From Octopus vulgaris (lineage: Eukaryota), in NCBI GenBank assembly GCA_951406725.2, contig OX597835.1, positions 1,364,001 through 1,428,000 on the forward strand: a stretch of 64,000 nucleotides of DNA, given 5' to 3'. This document shows positions 39,035-48,867 of the stretch, piece by piece. Below the pieces are notes generated by a model that worked only from the letters and a program-made list of their open reading frames with translations, did no database searches and had not been told where the DNA came from. Numbering within the stretch: the first letter of the stretch is position 1; each line of letters starts with the position of its first letter. Both the position numbers and the translations under genes were made by a program.

Positions 39035-39558
39035 TTGGTGTTTCTCTGTCTTGGCATCATGTGATTGTTGTTGGACAATTGTCACCATCGACAGGCAGTT
39101 TCCTTCATTTCCAATCTTCCATGTGAAAAACCTGGTCATGGAGAAATATTACCTTACTTGGAAACAGGTGAAGGTTGGTGACAGGAAGAGCATCTAACTA
39201 GAAAAATCTGCCTCAACAAATTCCATCCAGCTCATGCAACCATGGGAAAGTGGATATTATGATGATATATATGCATACGTCTATGTACTCCCATGCATTT
39301 AGATAATATAATTCTAAACATTAACAGTTCTTAAAATTTCATTGTCTTTTATTGAATTTCCAGGAAGCTATCGTGAAGATCATGAAGATGCGCAAGAAAA
39401 TTACCAATGCTGCCCTCCAGACAGAACTGGTAGAGATCCTGAAGAATATGTTTCTTCCCTCCAAAAAGCTCATCAAAGAACAGATAGAGTGGTTAATTGA
39501 ACATAAATACATGCGCCGTGATGAGGACAACATCAACTTGTTCATCTACATGGCTTGA
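4828..39558 (+). CDS. CUL5: Cullin-5, complete 18-exon gene model (2337 nt CDS, 778 aa)
   Basis: Exons join in frame at GT-AG sites from MAMLK|QGQSQFEEKWPTMRP to the neddylation domain EAIVKIMKMRKK...FIYMA*. Strong similarity to cullin-5 throughout. Confidence 0.97.
7735..8090 (+). mobile_element. tRNA-derived SINE, family A (representative; further copies near 14720, 16430, 20770-22030, 25810, 26290, 27560, 32763, 33555, 42960, 45335, 50590, 62510)
   Basis: A box TGGCTGAGTGG, B-box-like GGTTCG, central CA/TA microsatellite, tail GGTGCCCCAGCATGGC...GAACAAGTAAAAG; recurs many times in the window. Confidence 0.85.
8240..8535 (-). mobile_element. tRNA-derived SINE, family C
   Basis: Minus-strand head GGAGGTGCAATGGCCCAGTGGTTAGGGCAGCAGAC...GTTTCGATTCCCAGACC, shared with the copy at 57010. 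Confidence 0.8.
8585..8821. mobile_element. hAT-type MITE
   Basis: TIRs CAGTATTTCTCAAC / GTTGAGAACCACTG; 8-bp flanks TTTTAAAT and TTTTAAAA. Confidence 0.75.
9795..10090 (+). repeat. RTE-LINE 3' tail fragment with four ~65-nt internal units
   Basis: Repeated GTGCNGGTGGCACGTAAAAAGCACC core followed by GTGGTTGGCGTTAGGAAGGGCATCCAGC; the same tail follows the RTE ORF at 58548. Confidence 0.75.
10445..12850 (+). mobile_element. Decayed RTE-clade LINE (reverse transcriptase plus 3' tail)
   Basis: VQVGVHQGSLLSLFLF...PWEWPYAYDL...GLKVNLAKTKVL, with many stops and frameshifts; homologous to 18075-20010. Confidence 0.9.
13625..14397 (-). mobile_element. Gypsy LTR retrotransposon 5' remnant (probable LTR, PBS, gag)
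   Basis: gag-like NWTDEKKVQLLLRKLSPAE...FDETINIFLKIFTERSSSFNT; PBS-like TGCGATGAG at ~14192-14200; upstream ~190-bp segment beginning TGTAGTG at 14397. Confidence 0.7.
14561..14667 (+). CDS. CUL5: CUL5 exon 2
   Basis: tttcag|QGQSQFEEKWPTMRPTVLKLLRQERVTKFEWQELF(W)|gtaag. Confidence 0.95.
14850..15835 (-). mobile_element. Tc1/mariner-superfamily (DD37D/maT-like) transposase remnant
   Basis: WLQDSAPCHTS...IWPSNSLHCNPLDYYVWGAVE matches the QDxAPxH / WPPNSPDxNPLDYxVW motifs. Confidence 0.85.
16591..16690 (+). CDS. CUL5: CUL5 exon 3
   Basis: tctag|AVHSVCLWDEKGPQKVYQALQDDILEFIRQAQI|gtaag. Confidence 0.95.
17060..17868 (-). mobile_element. Gypsy-type integrase fragment
   Basis: LVDAYSTWIE...LLEVFAHF...LVLDNGP...PAYGPASNSTAERAGQTVK, a degenerate DDE integrase core. 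Confidence 0.8.
18075..20010 (+). mobile_element. RTE-clade LINE, 5'-truncated and decayed
   Basis: MQFGFVPGRSTTHAIFLVRQLQEK...AFIDLEKAFDRVP...HQGS...LYVDD; C-terminal WYGHVVRM...RPRKTW; 3' tail follows. Confidence 0.92.
20444..20626 (+). CDS. CUL5: CUL5 exon 4
   Basis: ttcag|RVLQHQEESALLKTYIAEWGKFFTQCGYLPKPF...DESIVRK|gtaag. Confidence 0.95.
21011..21849 (+). mobile_element. Internally deleted Tc1/mariner-superfamily element with both TIRs, nested in a SINE
   Basis: TA|CAGGGTGGGTGGAAAGTAATTAGGCAT ... ATGCCTACTTACTTTTCACCCACCCTG|TA; coding remnant SPRKSTHQAARE...RSPDLTPCDFYLW. Confidence 0.9.
23167..23308 (+). CDS. CUL5: CUL5 exon 5
   Basis: tacag|MMLDTWNQSIFNNIKHRLQDSAMKLVHSERNGEAFNSQLVIGVRESY|gtgag. 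Confidence 0.95.
24025..24240. mobile_element. piggyBac-type MITE
   Basis: TTAA|CCCTTTAGCATT ... AATGCTAAAGGG|TTAA; a related, SINE-interrupted copy lies at 38251-38510. Confidence 0.88.
25368..25594 (+). CDS. CUL5: CUL5 exon 6
   Basis: ttcag|(V)NLCSDAEDKLKIYHENFEKAYL...RAKRYLETGWCCPSVSA|gtgag. Confidence 0.95.
26700..26793 (+). CDS. CUL5: CUL5 exon 7
   Basis: cccag|LIDCCVEVLVTAFKDTILNECAGMIKANETE|gtaag. Confidence 0.95.
27909..28039 (+). CDS. CUL5: CUL5 exon 8
   Basis: ttcag|(K)LRLMFSLMDRVVDGIAPMLHDLEAHIVSQGLADMMSAARTITT|gtaag. Confidence 0.95.
28505..29465 (+). mobile_element. Mariner (DD34D-like) transposase remnant
   Basis: SAVKVMALVFWDARSIVFINYLQKVHTING matches the mariner KVMxxVFWD motif. 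Confidence 0.8.
29569..29676 (+). CDS. CUL5: CUL5 exon 9
   Basis: tatag|DSEKYVEQLLELFNRFSKLVKDAFLDDPRFLTSRDK|gtaag. Confidence 0.95.
29872..29936 (+). CDS. CUL5: CUL5 exon 10
   Basis: tttag|AYKSVVNDISVFKLELPSKSK(G)|gtaag. Confidence 0.93.
30217..30349 (+). CDS. CUL5: CUL5 exon 11
   Basis: tgcag|MNVKTQPESRCPELLANYCDMLLRKTSLSKKLTPEEVEKKLKDV|gtaag. Confidence 0.95.
30415..30720. mobile_element. hAT-type MITE
   Basis: TIRs CAATGGTTCTCA / TGAGAACCACTG. Confidence 0.7.
30870..31760 (-). mobile_element. Penelope-like element remnant (GIY-YIG region) with inverted partial pseudo-LTR
   Basis: Minus strand FNRCSIKLS*SCCPNMKSII...SCNC...SYIRLCEGNFKNRFDNH...CKLCIA...RSETSSKCKHMGKFLL; 31690-31750 is an inverted copy of 30875-30935. 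Confidence 0.75.
32003..32134 (+). CDS. CUL5: CUL5 exon 12
   Basis: ttcag|LLVLKYVQNKDVFMRYHKAHLTRRLILDTSADNEKEENMVEWLR|gtaag. Confidence 0.95.
32599..32725 (+). CDS. CUL5: CUL5 exon 13
   Basis: cttag|EVGMPADYVNKLARMFQDIQVSEDLNQEFKEVFRNNNNDALA|gtgag. Confidence 0.95.
35151..35323 (+). CDS. CUL5: CUL5 exon 14
   Basis: tttag|(D)AINIKILNAGAWART...EEFYRQKHNGRKLQWHHLMSNGV|gtgag. Confidence 0.95.
35735..36815 (+). mobile_element. Head-to-tail cluster of about five SINE family-B copies (others near 13200-13580, 17877, 22360, 47055, 48580)
   Basis: Recurring GCTGGCAGAAT...GAGTTCAAATTC...TTTGCCTTTCATCCTTT...AAGTACCAG...GGCCTTGTGCC units separated by (ATT)n/(AGT)n tails. Confidence 0.85.
37067..37228 (+). 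CDS. CUL5: CUL5 exon 15
   Basis: ggcag|ITFCNDFGRFDLEVTTFQMGVLFAWNQRP...LATELPDSELRRTLS|gtaag. Confidence 0.95.
37520..37930 (-). mobile_element. RTE LINE 3' fragment
   Basis: Reverse complement of the RTE C-terminal RPRKTWDEVVKHDL region plus tail. Confidence 0.7.
38020..38138 (+). CDS. CUL5: CUL5 exon 16
   Basis: ttcag|SFVAFPKLKKQVLLCEPEAKSPKDFEDSTQFWINQKFAL(I)|gtaag. Confidence 0.95.
38774..38897 (+). CDS. CUL5: CUL5 exon 17
   Basis: cgtag|KNGRPQKRGRINLVGRLQLSTEKSKEEDNESIMQLRILRVQ|gtttg. Confidence 0.95.
39364..39558 (+). CDS. CUL5: CUL5 exon 18 (terminal coding exon, neddylation domain)
   Basis: tccag|EAIVKIMKMRKKITNAALQTELVEILKNMFLPSKKLIKEQIEWLIEHKYMRRDEDNINLFIYMA* (TGA 39556-39558). 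Confidence 0.97.
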   Translation, partial: EAIVKIMKMRKKITNAALQTELVEILKNMFLPSKKLIKEQIEWLIEHKYMRRDEDNINLFIYMA

Positions 39559-41741
39559 ATAAAAATGGCCTTTTTATATGCCATGTTCACCTCTCTTTGG
39601 GTGCTTACCCAACAATTTATCGACCTAACTTCCTTTCTTCCTACCAACCTGTTTGCAATGCCAGCCTTTACCTGCCTGTATTTACCTTCATCTCACCTGT
39701 TCACTGGCTATAAAACGTTTCACTGTCTATTATTGCTGCCCACCCCCACCCCAGAATATGGATCATTGCAGTTTTTTCTTCCTGTAATATTACAATTACT
39801 TTATAACTGTTTCTTTCTGTTTCTATATAAATGTGAATATATATATATATGGGTATTTGTATGTACATATATAATACACACATGTATGCATGAATATATG
39901 TATGTACATACATATATACACACACACACACAAACACACATGTATAATTACTTATATTGACTAGCATACAATGTCTGTGTGAGTGTGTGTGTATATATAC
40001 ATACATATATATACACACACACACACATACATACACACACATATATGCATGCTTGTGTAATTACATATATTAAGAGGCGACACACTTGTTTCACAAAAGT
40101 GTTGCATTCCTGAAAGTCTTGACAAAATATCAGATTCTGTTCCAGGATAGGAAATGGATTTTCCTTCAACTTCCAACTTAAATGGAAATCAATCTCTCAT
40201 AACGGAATTCCCTGATATTGTTTGATTTTCAGGAATTTCTAGTATGCATAAGTGTGCATGTGTCAATATATACATATATTTACATACACACATGTGCATA
40301 TATGTATGTATGTATCTATACGTGTGTGTGTGTGGATATATATGTATATGTGTGTATATATGTATGAGTATATATATATATATATGTGTGTGTGTGTATT
40401 TATGTGTCTATATATATGTATATATGTGTGTATATTTGTGTATGTATGTATATATAGTCACATTTGTGTATGCAAGTGTGTATGAATATTTACATGTTTG
40501 TCTATAGATGTGTGTATGTATATGTATGTATGTATATACATATAGACATTCAATACACATATTCAAGTATATATATCCAAACATGTGTGCATATGTATAT
40601 AATTTTAATTTATTCCTTTTATGTGTGTGTGTATATGTATATATATATATATGTGTGTGTGTGTATATATATATACATATATATAATGAAAACCAGAAAT
40701 TATATTTTTTATCTTTTGAAAGTTAGAAAAAATATGTAAATTCTAATTCCTGTAATTTTATGTAATTTTTAGCGATTACTTTTTTCTTATTCTTTCTTTT
40801 TTCTTTTGCTTTCTCTTTTTTTTTTGTAAAAAAAAATGAAAAAAATCAGCAAAAACAATGCATAGTTTTGTACAGAAATACTCCCGGGGCCCCATTTTCT
40901 TGTACCCTGCTAACTTAACCAAGTATTTATCCCCACCAGCTCACCTTGTCCTGGCCAGTTTTCTCCTTTTCAGCTCGCCTTGCAAAGCTGTCACACACAC
41001 ACACACACACACACACACTCTCTCGCTCACATACCCATACACTGCCTCTCCATCCATCCAATCTACGTCTGCAATGCTCCCCCCACAACCATCCTTCATC
41101 ATGTCCAACAGCCTATCTAATCCATGCAACTATCTTTCCTCACCACTACACTCACCAGATGCTCCCAAGCAGTGGATTTTTTCTTTTCTTTTTTTTGGGG
41201 GGGGGGGTGGGGGATTGCAGGATTCTAGAATTTGTTGGGTGGGACAGATTTTAGTGTGTACTTACTGGCTATTTGTTTTCTACTGTGTACCATTTATACT
41301 TGTGGAATTCATCTTTGAGATATTGTTTCTTCTGTTGTACCACATCCAACTTTGTTCTTTTGATTTTCTTTTTCTTTTGGCTGTGTTCTCTTTTTGTTTT
41401 TGTTTTTTATTTTCCTATCCCCCATCACAGCATCATCATCACCACTATTGCCATCATCAACATCATAAGCTGCACACAACACCCTCTGCTGGGCCCAGTT
41501 TTCTGCCACTGGACGTTTTGTAGATTCATTGCGGAATCAACCTCTGGACTCTGCCTGTCTTTGACCCGTGTCTCCACCATGCACTCATTCACACTACTAC
41601 AACTCATCTGCTCATCCCACCCTGCACACACACACACACACACACTAGTCACCATTGCAAAGGACAGACCATCTTGCGAGCAAGTTTTGTGACTTGTGGT
41701 AAAACTGATAATGAAAAAGACCAATTAAAAAACACAACTGA

Positions 41742-41807
<66 letters not shown>

Positions 41808-42900
41808 GTCGTATATTTAGTTATTGAATAGTTTCATTGCAAACTGCTGCATTTTTCGATCATGTGACCTTGTCCAACATGTTTCACTTCTTCGTAATGA
41901 AACTAGTCAATATATATTAATTCTCCGCATTTTTACTGTCTTGAGTCGTTTCCTTAGAAAGTGACTAGCTAGCCCTTCAAATACTCATGCATATTTGTAT
42001 GTGAATCTCACACATGCATGTGTGATTGTATCGAGGTAAAGAACACTTTGGTTATCTCTCTCTTTGTTAAACTTAGTCACAAGGGAAGACATTACCCGAA
42101 GCTGAATTTTACCCCTCATGTCACCCAACATGATATCTGTGATGTTTATATATCTGTGACTGAAACACATATTGACTTCAGTCTTCAGATTGTGTGTTGA
42201 CGCGTGCTTGTGTGTGTGTGTGTGTGTTGGCTGTTTTCTATCCCTCTCATATTTGTATGAAAATGTATGTTGCATGATTCCCTGTGGGTGTATATTTTTT
42301 TTAAGTATGTATATATGTGTGTTTCTGATTTGTCTCCAATCTTAAAAAATATGTTTATACACACACACACTCTTGAGTGAGTGAGTGTGTGTGTGTCAAG
42401 TATATAGATATTAAAGTATGTACACACACTATTCATATGGAAACCAGTTTATATTATGTATATATAAACAATGCAAAAAAGTCTTGTAATGTTTATTTAA
42501 ATCCGTAGTTTCCCTTGAATAAATATGTTGAGTTTTTCCCCCCGAGAAAAAAAAATCCATGTATGATTACTATTAATTAACAACAGTTTAAACATTGAAA
42601 TTAGCTGTTCTGTTCTGTTTGTTGCTCTCTTTTTTCTTTTTTTTTTCTTTTTTTGTTGTTGTTTGTTTTCTTTTTATTTATAGTTGTGGAAAGCAATGGT
42701 TGTATGAGCATTTATTAATGACCACATGTCATCTCTTCAGATTGACTCTCAGTAGCCATAGTAACTGTCAAAAGATTTTGGTGATTTAGTGGCAAGCATC
42801 TTGAAAGGCATAGGGTACCTGTGTTGTAAGCATCTAGACAGGTGCAGAGTACCTATGTTGCAAGTACCTCTGTTTACACTTAACCTGAATAAACCTTAAG
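39559..42900 (+). other. Probable long CUL5 3' UTR; candidate poly(A) signals at 39558-39563, 42518-42523 and 42888-42893
   Basis: About 3.3 kb without recognisable SINE/LINE insertions but rich in microsatellites; SINEs resume at ~42960; AATAAA hexamers at the stated positions. Confidence 0.5.
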
Positions 42901-44149
42901 TCACTAGAAAGTAGAAGCGAACTGAATATGGAATTGGTTAACACGGGTTGTAATTGCTATACCATGTGATTGGGAAGTGGGTTTCCAAATCACATGGTTT
43001 CAGGTTTGTTCCCCTTCATGGCAACTTGGACAAATGTCTTCTATTATAGCCCCGAGCCAACGAAAACCTTGTGAATGGATTTGGTAGTCAGTAACTGAAA
43101 GAAGCCTATTGTATTGTGTAGGTATATGTATGTTTGTGTATGCGTATGAACATATATTTATCCCCACTTAAATGTGGATGTTATGTTAGAACAAACTATA
43201 CTGCAGTGGATACCATGAGAGAACCTCTCCCATATTGGCCTTTGGTGCAAAATGTACACTTGCTTATATAGCTAGTGGAAAGATAAGTCCCTGTCATCTC
43301 CACCACTGACACCTCCAGATCACTTGATTTCAACCTTCCTTGGTCTTGTCAGTGATGGACGCTTGGCCACTGGAGATAGCAGCAACTTATCTCCCTTCCA
43401 GTGATATATAAGGCAAACAGTGCCAGAGCAGATGATGGTGTCACAATTAGCCAATGAACTTGTTGCCAATATATATTTATTTATTAATACAGCCTCTGTC
43501 GCTTATATACATGTGTAAGCACGCAGCCTGGCAGTTAGGGTGTGGTACTCAGGATTGCATTATTTTTTTTTTTTTCAGACCAGCAGTGCATTTTACTCTT
43601 GAACAGAACTCTTCCCTTCATATTGCTCCAGTCCACTCGTAGTGAATAACTCTACAACAGAATGGGGGTCAGTTTAGGAGGAATGTTGGTCTGCATGCCT
43701 AGCCAACAATGTAACAACAGTATTTGAAAGTTACGGCAATGAGAGGAAGTGCATTGTGACTAGCGGTGTATATAACAACATCCAGTAGTCTGGCCATTAC
43801 AGTAATATATATAACTGGCACCCCATCAGTACGACAATGAAGGTTCCAGTTGAATGGATTGGTGGAACAGCCTGCTTATGAAGTTAACGTGCAAGTGGCT
43901 GAGCACTCCATCCTTAACATGGTTCTCAAAGATATTTAGCATGACACAGAATGTGGCAAATCTGGCCTTTTCAAATACGGGAACTCCTCGTTTTTGCCAG
44001 CTGAGTGGACTGGGGCAACATGAAAGAAACTGTCTTGCCCAATGTTGTGCCACCAGGTATTGAACTCTTGAATTTATGACTGTGAGGTGAATACCCTAAC
44101 CACTTCACCATGTACATATATATATATAATAATAATAATAATAATACTA

Positions 44150-44480
44150 TTAGGGAGTATAACTCCAAACTTACAGGGAAAATTTCAATTTAGTATTAAA
44201 TGAAATTTCACAATATAAATATATAATATATATAAATTAGAGATAAAACCACTATTATGCAACTCAAACAGTGATAGACATAAACCAATGCATAAAGAAC
44301 AAATAATATATATATATATATACCGGAGTAAACACATAAATGTGAAACAAGGTGGAAAAAAGAGTACTCAAATACTCAGTGGTAGAGTAATATGCTTTAT
44401 TTAAAGCAGCAGAAAATTCAACAAAACCTGTTGCTCTGAGTTTCCCGTTGCCGTTCATCGGACAGTTTTTGCTAGAATGG
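44150..44480 (-). mobile_element. Probable Penelope pseudo-LTR fragment with a minimal hammerhead motif (44428-44465)
   Basis: Minus strand CTGT-CCGATGA-ACGGCAACGG-GAAA-CTCAGAG-CA-ACAG. Confidence 0.65.
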
Positions 44481-47387
44481 AACCGATAATGAAACATCAA
44501 ATTCTACAGCCCCTGCTTGAACTGCTTACAACACAAATCAATGGGGAACCTCTGTATAATTGTTCAATCTGCTCTAAATAGCAGCCAAATCTCCATTAAA
44601 TCACACCATCTTGAATAATAAAAGACCATATTAGATTCTGTAGACCTACATTATTTCAAAAATTTTGCCATAAAGGTATGACACAGAGTAGCTTGTGGGC
44701 TGGGCAAAAGCATTGATGAGGTAAATGATGAACAAAAGATATTAATGGGAGAAGACAAAAAACACCTGCCGATTTTTTGCTTCCCTAAAACATTATTCTC
44801 TTTTTTTTCACAGAAAAAATACAAAACGAGGTATTGAACCTCTTACTTCAGTTTTACAATTATTGGATTAATAGTCCATTTAAAAATTGGGGTGTTAAGT
44901 GGCTGCAAAGAATCTCGGGACAACATTGGGCATCAACAAGATCAGTGACAAAATAAGATGCAGACACATCTTGGGGGCAAGTTTGAGAAAGTGATTGTAT
45001 GGTGTCACTAAAGTGGCAACCTGGGGGGAAAAGAGCCGCTGGGTGCCCTAAATCCACTGGTGTTGTTTAATCCCAGGTCAACCTTAATTGTGCAGACCTA
45101 TGATCAGAAGAATTCCAGCCATGACCATCTCATTATTTAAGGGAATATAGTACCACCTTCACCAGTATATTCTTCTATGTTTGAGAGGAAGATGCTTGAT
45201 TTGAGGAAAATTTGGCTTCTATTTCTAGCAGGCTGAGCAACCAAGAAGGAACTCCTCTATTGGCTCCGCTAGGGCTACTGTTGTTGACCAGGGAGTTGCA
45301 CCACCTATATTTGACATCTGTGTACATTAAGCCAACAGGCATGGTTATGTGATGAGAAGTTTGCTTCCCAGCAACATGGCTCCAGGTTTAGTCTAATCAC
45401 CTGCCACCTTGAGCAAGTGTCTCGTATAGCCCCAGGCTGTCCAAAGCTTTGTGGATGGATGTGGTAGGCAGAAACTGAAAGTACTGGGGGGGGGGGTCGA
45501 TTCAGTCAACCAAAAACTCTTCAAGGCAGTCCTCCAGCAGAATGGCTGAAACAATTAAGAGGTAAAATTTTAACTATTACACTATATTTTGGTCAGTTTC
45601 ATCTCAGATCGTTAACAGGTATTTTATTCTTGGATGGGCAGAAAGAATCACACCAAAAAGCTTTTTTTATTTTTAAACTGAGAGTAATAATACTATTAAC
45701 AACTGTGATTCAACATGCAGATGTTCTGTTGTGGAGGTGGCAGTGGTGGTGGTGATGGTGGTTGGTGTCTCGAACCAGTTTAGTGTCTCAGAAACTGGAG
45801 ATAAGCACAGGTTTAGTAAACAACGAAGGTTAGTGAAATGGTAGAGGGGGTGGGACCCTCATCACCATCACCATCATTATTTGACAGCTGTTTTCCATGC
45901 CGGTATTGGTTGGATGGTTTGACAGGAGCTGGCAAGCCGGAGAACAGCACCAGGGGCCAAATGTCTGCTTTGGGTTGGTTTCTACGGCTAGATGCCCTTC
46001 CCTAACACCAACCACTTTGCAGAGTGTCCTGGGTGCTTTTTCTGTGACACCAATATGGGAACTTTTTTTCCACCAGCACAGGTGCTTTATCTGTGGTACC
46101 ATTGTGGGTACCTTCTACGTGGCACCAGCATGGGTTCATTTTACATGGCACCAGCACAGGTGCATTTTTATATGGCACCAGCACAGGTGCATTTATTTAT
46201 GGCACCATCATTACATAACAATTATAGTTTTTAATAGTTAAATGACATTTTCAAAAGACTGACCTTTAAATTAAAATATCATTACAAAATTCTTTAAAAA
46301 AATCAATATATCTTAAGTAGGCAGCAAAAGAAGTTTCAAGTCATTCTTTAGTTTCTGCATATCCCAAGTTTATCTCAGCAGAAATATTTCTAATTCATCA
46401 TCATCATCACCACCATCATCATCATCTCCATCACCATGGTTTTAATGTTCACATCAGACAAGTATGCAATATGACAATGCCTCTTCAATGCTGCTTTAGT
46501 TAATCCCAGATGATGATGATGACAAAGTGGGAGTCATGATGATGCTGGTGATGATTGCCACTTCATTATCATCACTCTACAGAGTGTCTTGGGTACTTTT
46601 TTCAAGGCACCAGCACTAGTGAGGTTACTAAGCAACTCACAAGACAAAACCCTTTGACAAGAGTAGGGGTACAGTATTGAGGGTAGTGATCTGTGCCAAA
46701 TGTTGAGAGGCTAAAGTATGATAAAGAGACAGGAACGTTTTGTCGAGAAGATCCATGGATAGACTGGCAGGAAAGGATGGTGGGAATGAGATACCCTCAA
46801 AATACAAGAAGGTGGATAGAGCAAGCTCTGCAAATATTCTACCACAAGATTGTGGTATGTTTTAACCCTATGTTCATCATTCATTTACATTGCATGTTCT
46901 TACCAGAAACTGGCATCCTATCCAAGGGTAGATTAATCTCACATCTACTTAATTCTATGTCTAGCAGCTGACTTGATAAAAAGCCCAGGAGATCATCCTT
47001 TACCTTTGCAACAACAACTGTGACCACATTTTTGAATTCAATATCTCTACTGCTCGTAAGGTGGCCAGCTGGCAGAATTGTTAGCAGCATTTCATCTATC
47101 TTTATGCCCTGAGTTCAAATTCCACTGAGGTCAACTTTACCTTTCGTCTCTTTGGGGTTGATTAAATAAGTAGCAGTTGAACATTGGGGTTAATTTCCCT
47201 ACTCCTAGATTTGTTGGCCTTGTGCCAAAATTTGAATCCAGCCTCTCCATTGCTTATTGGGGTGGCAAGCTGACAGAATCATTAGCACACCAGACTAAAT
47301 GCATAGCGGCTTTTCATCTGTCTTTACATTCAAATTCTATTGAGGTCAACTTTGCCTTTCATCCTTCTGTTAATAAGTACAAATTGA

Positions 47388-48184
47388 TACAGTTCTATAT
47401 TTAAGAGATGAGGAATTATGTACATTATTTACATTTGATGGATATTTGTCCTCATCTTGTTTGTTGTTAACACAACGTTTCAGCTGATATACCCTCCAGC
47501 CTGGTGTCTCAGGGAACTTTCAAACCTGGGTTCTCATTCCTAACGTATTTTTTGATGTTGTCGGTGTTGGCGTCATTATTCAGGTCACTGCTTAGAATTG
47601 AACTCAGAATCTTGGGATTAGCAGCATGCACTCTTAACCACTATGCCATATGCCCGTGGGTAATTATGGAATTTTAGGGTTTATAAATCTAATATTTTCC
47701 TATCCTTCCTTAATACCGGTTCCCATATGCTGCTCATATCTGCATTTGGTCTGCTTAGGAGGTTGTTGTGTCCTAGCATCTGTGCTGCTTCTTTTAGTTT
47801 TCATATTTTCCAGTGGTTTTCTCTGTCTATTATTTTAACTTCATCCCACAGGGGGAGGTGGTCTCCATTTTTCCAGATTTATCTGTATCTCCCGGTGTCA
47901 CTACTTTGCGATGTTCCTCTGCCCTTATTTTGAGGGGGCAGCATGTTTCACCTTTGTATAACCTACCACAGCTGGATGGGATAGAGTACACACAGTTTTT
48001 AGTCAAATTCTCTTCTATTGGTTTTACTTGAAGGAGATATTTGCGAAGTGTTGTATAACTTTTGAATACTGTCCTGACAACAACAACAACAACAAGACAC
48101 CCGATGAAGGCTGCAGGGTATATCAGCTGAAACGTGTGAACAACAAACAAGATGAGGACAAATATTTGTCAAATGTAAATAATG
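47388..48184 (-). mobile_element. Penelope element (GIY-YIG 3' part) with inverted pseudo-LTRs and 14-bp TSD, inserted in a SINE
   Basis: NCVYSIPSSCGRLYKGETCCPLKIRAEEHRK (GIY-YIG); arms 47421-47509 and 48095-48186 are inverted; flanks TAAGTACAAATTGA (47374-47387) and TAAGTACCAATTGA (48185-48198). Confidence 0.88.
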
Positions 48185-48867
48185 TAAGTACCAATTGAGT
48201 ACTAGGGTCGATGTAAATGACTCCCCCCACACACACACCCAATTGCTGGCTTTGTGCTAAAATTTGAATTCAATATCTCTTCCGCTCATGGACATGCTTA
48301 TAAAATCAATAAAACAGCAGAACTTCCATGACTTTTGGAAATGCCTCTTCACACCCAGAATTACCATAACCTACATTAGTGTTTAATTGTCAAGACACTA
48401 TGTCTTTCAAAAAAGTTTCTGCTACCAAAAAATTGGCCAACACTATTCTTCATGTACCTAAGTACCTTTTTGCATTTTATTCCGTGGACTTTTGGATTTG
48501 GATGCCACTCTCTGGTTCCTCTTTTATCTCCTTCCGACAAGCTGTGGTGCACCTGAGCACAATAAGTTCATTATTGGTTTCAAATTTTAGCACAAGGCTA
48601 GCGATTATGTTAGCAGGGGCAAGTCAATTACATTGCCCCCAGTACTCAACTGGTACTTATGAAAACAACCCCAAAAGGATGAAAGGCAAAAGTAACCCCA
48701 CTGGCATTTAAACTCAGAATGTAAAGGTGGAAGAAATGTCACTAAGTATTTCATTTGGCACATGAAGGACTCTGGCAGCTCACCCACTCTTAACTTTATA
48801 CACTAAGCTCAGTATTATGTACTAATCACTTGTTCCCTGCCCGTAAAATGGAAGGCCTTGTGATTAT

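Noticed and set aside
40858-41523. 221-aa ORF downstream of CUL5
   Set aside because: Low-complexity (CA, T and CAT runs), no recognisable domain, lies in the probable 3' UTR.
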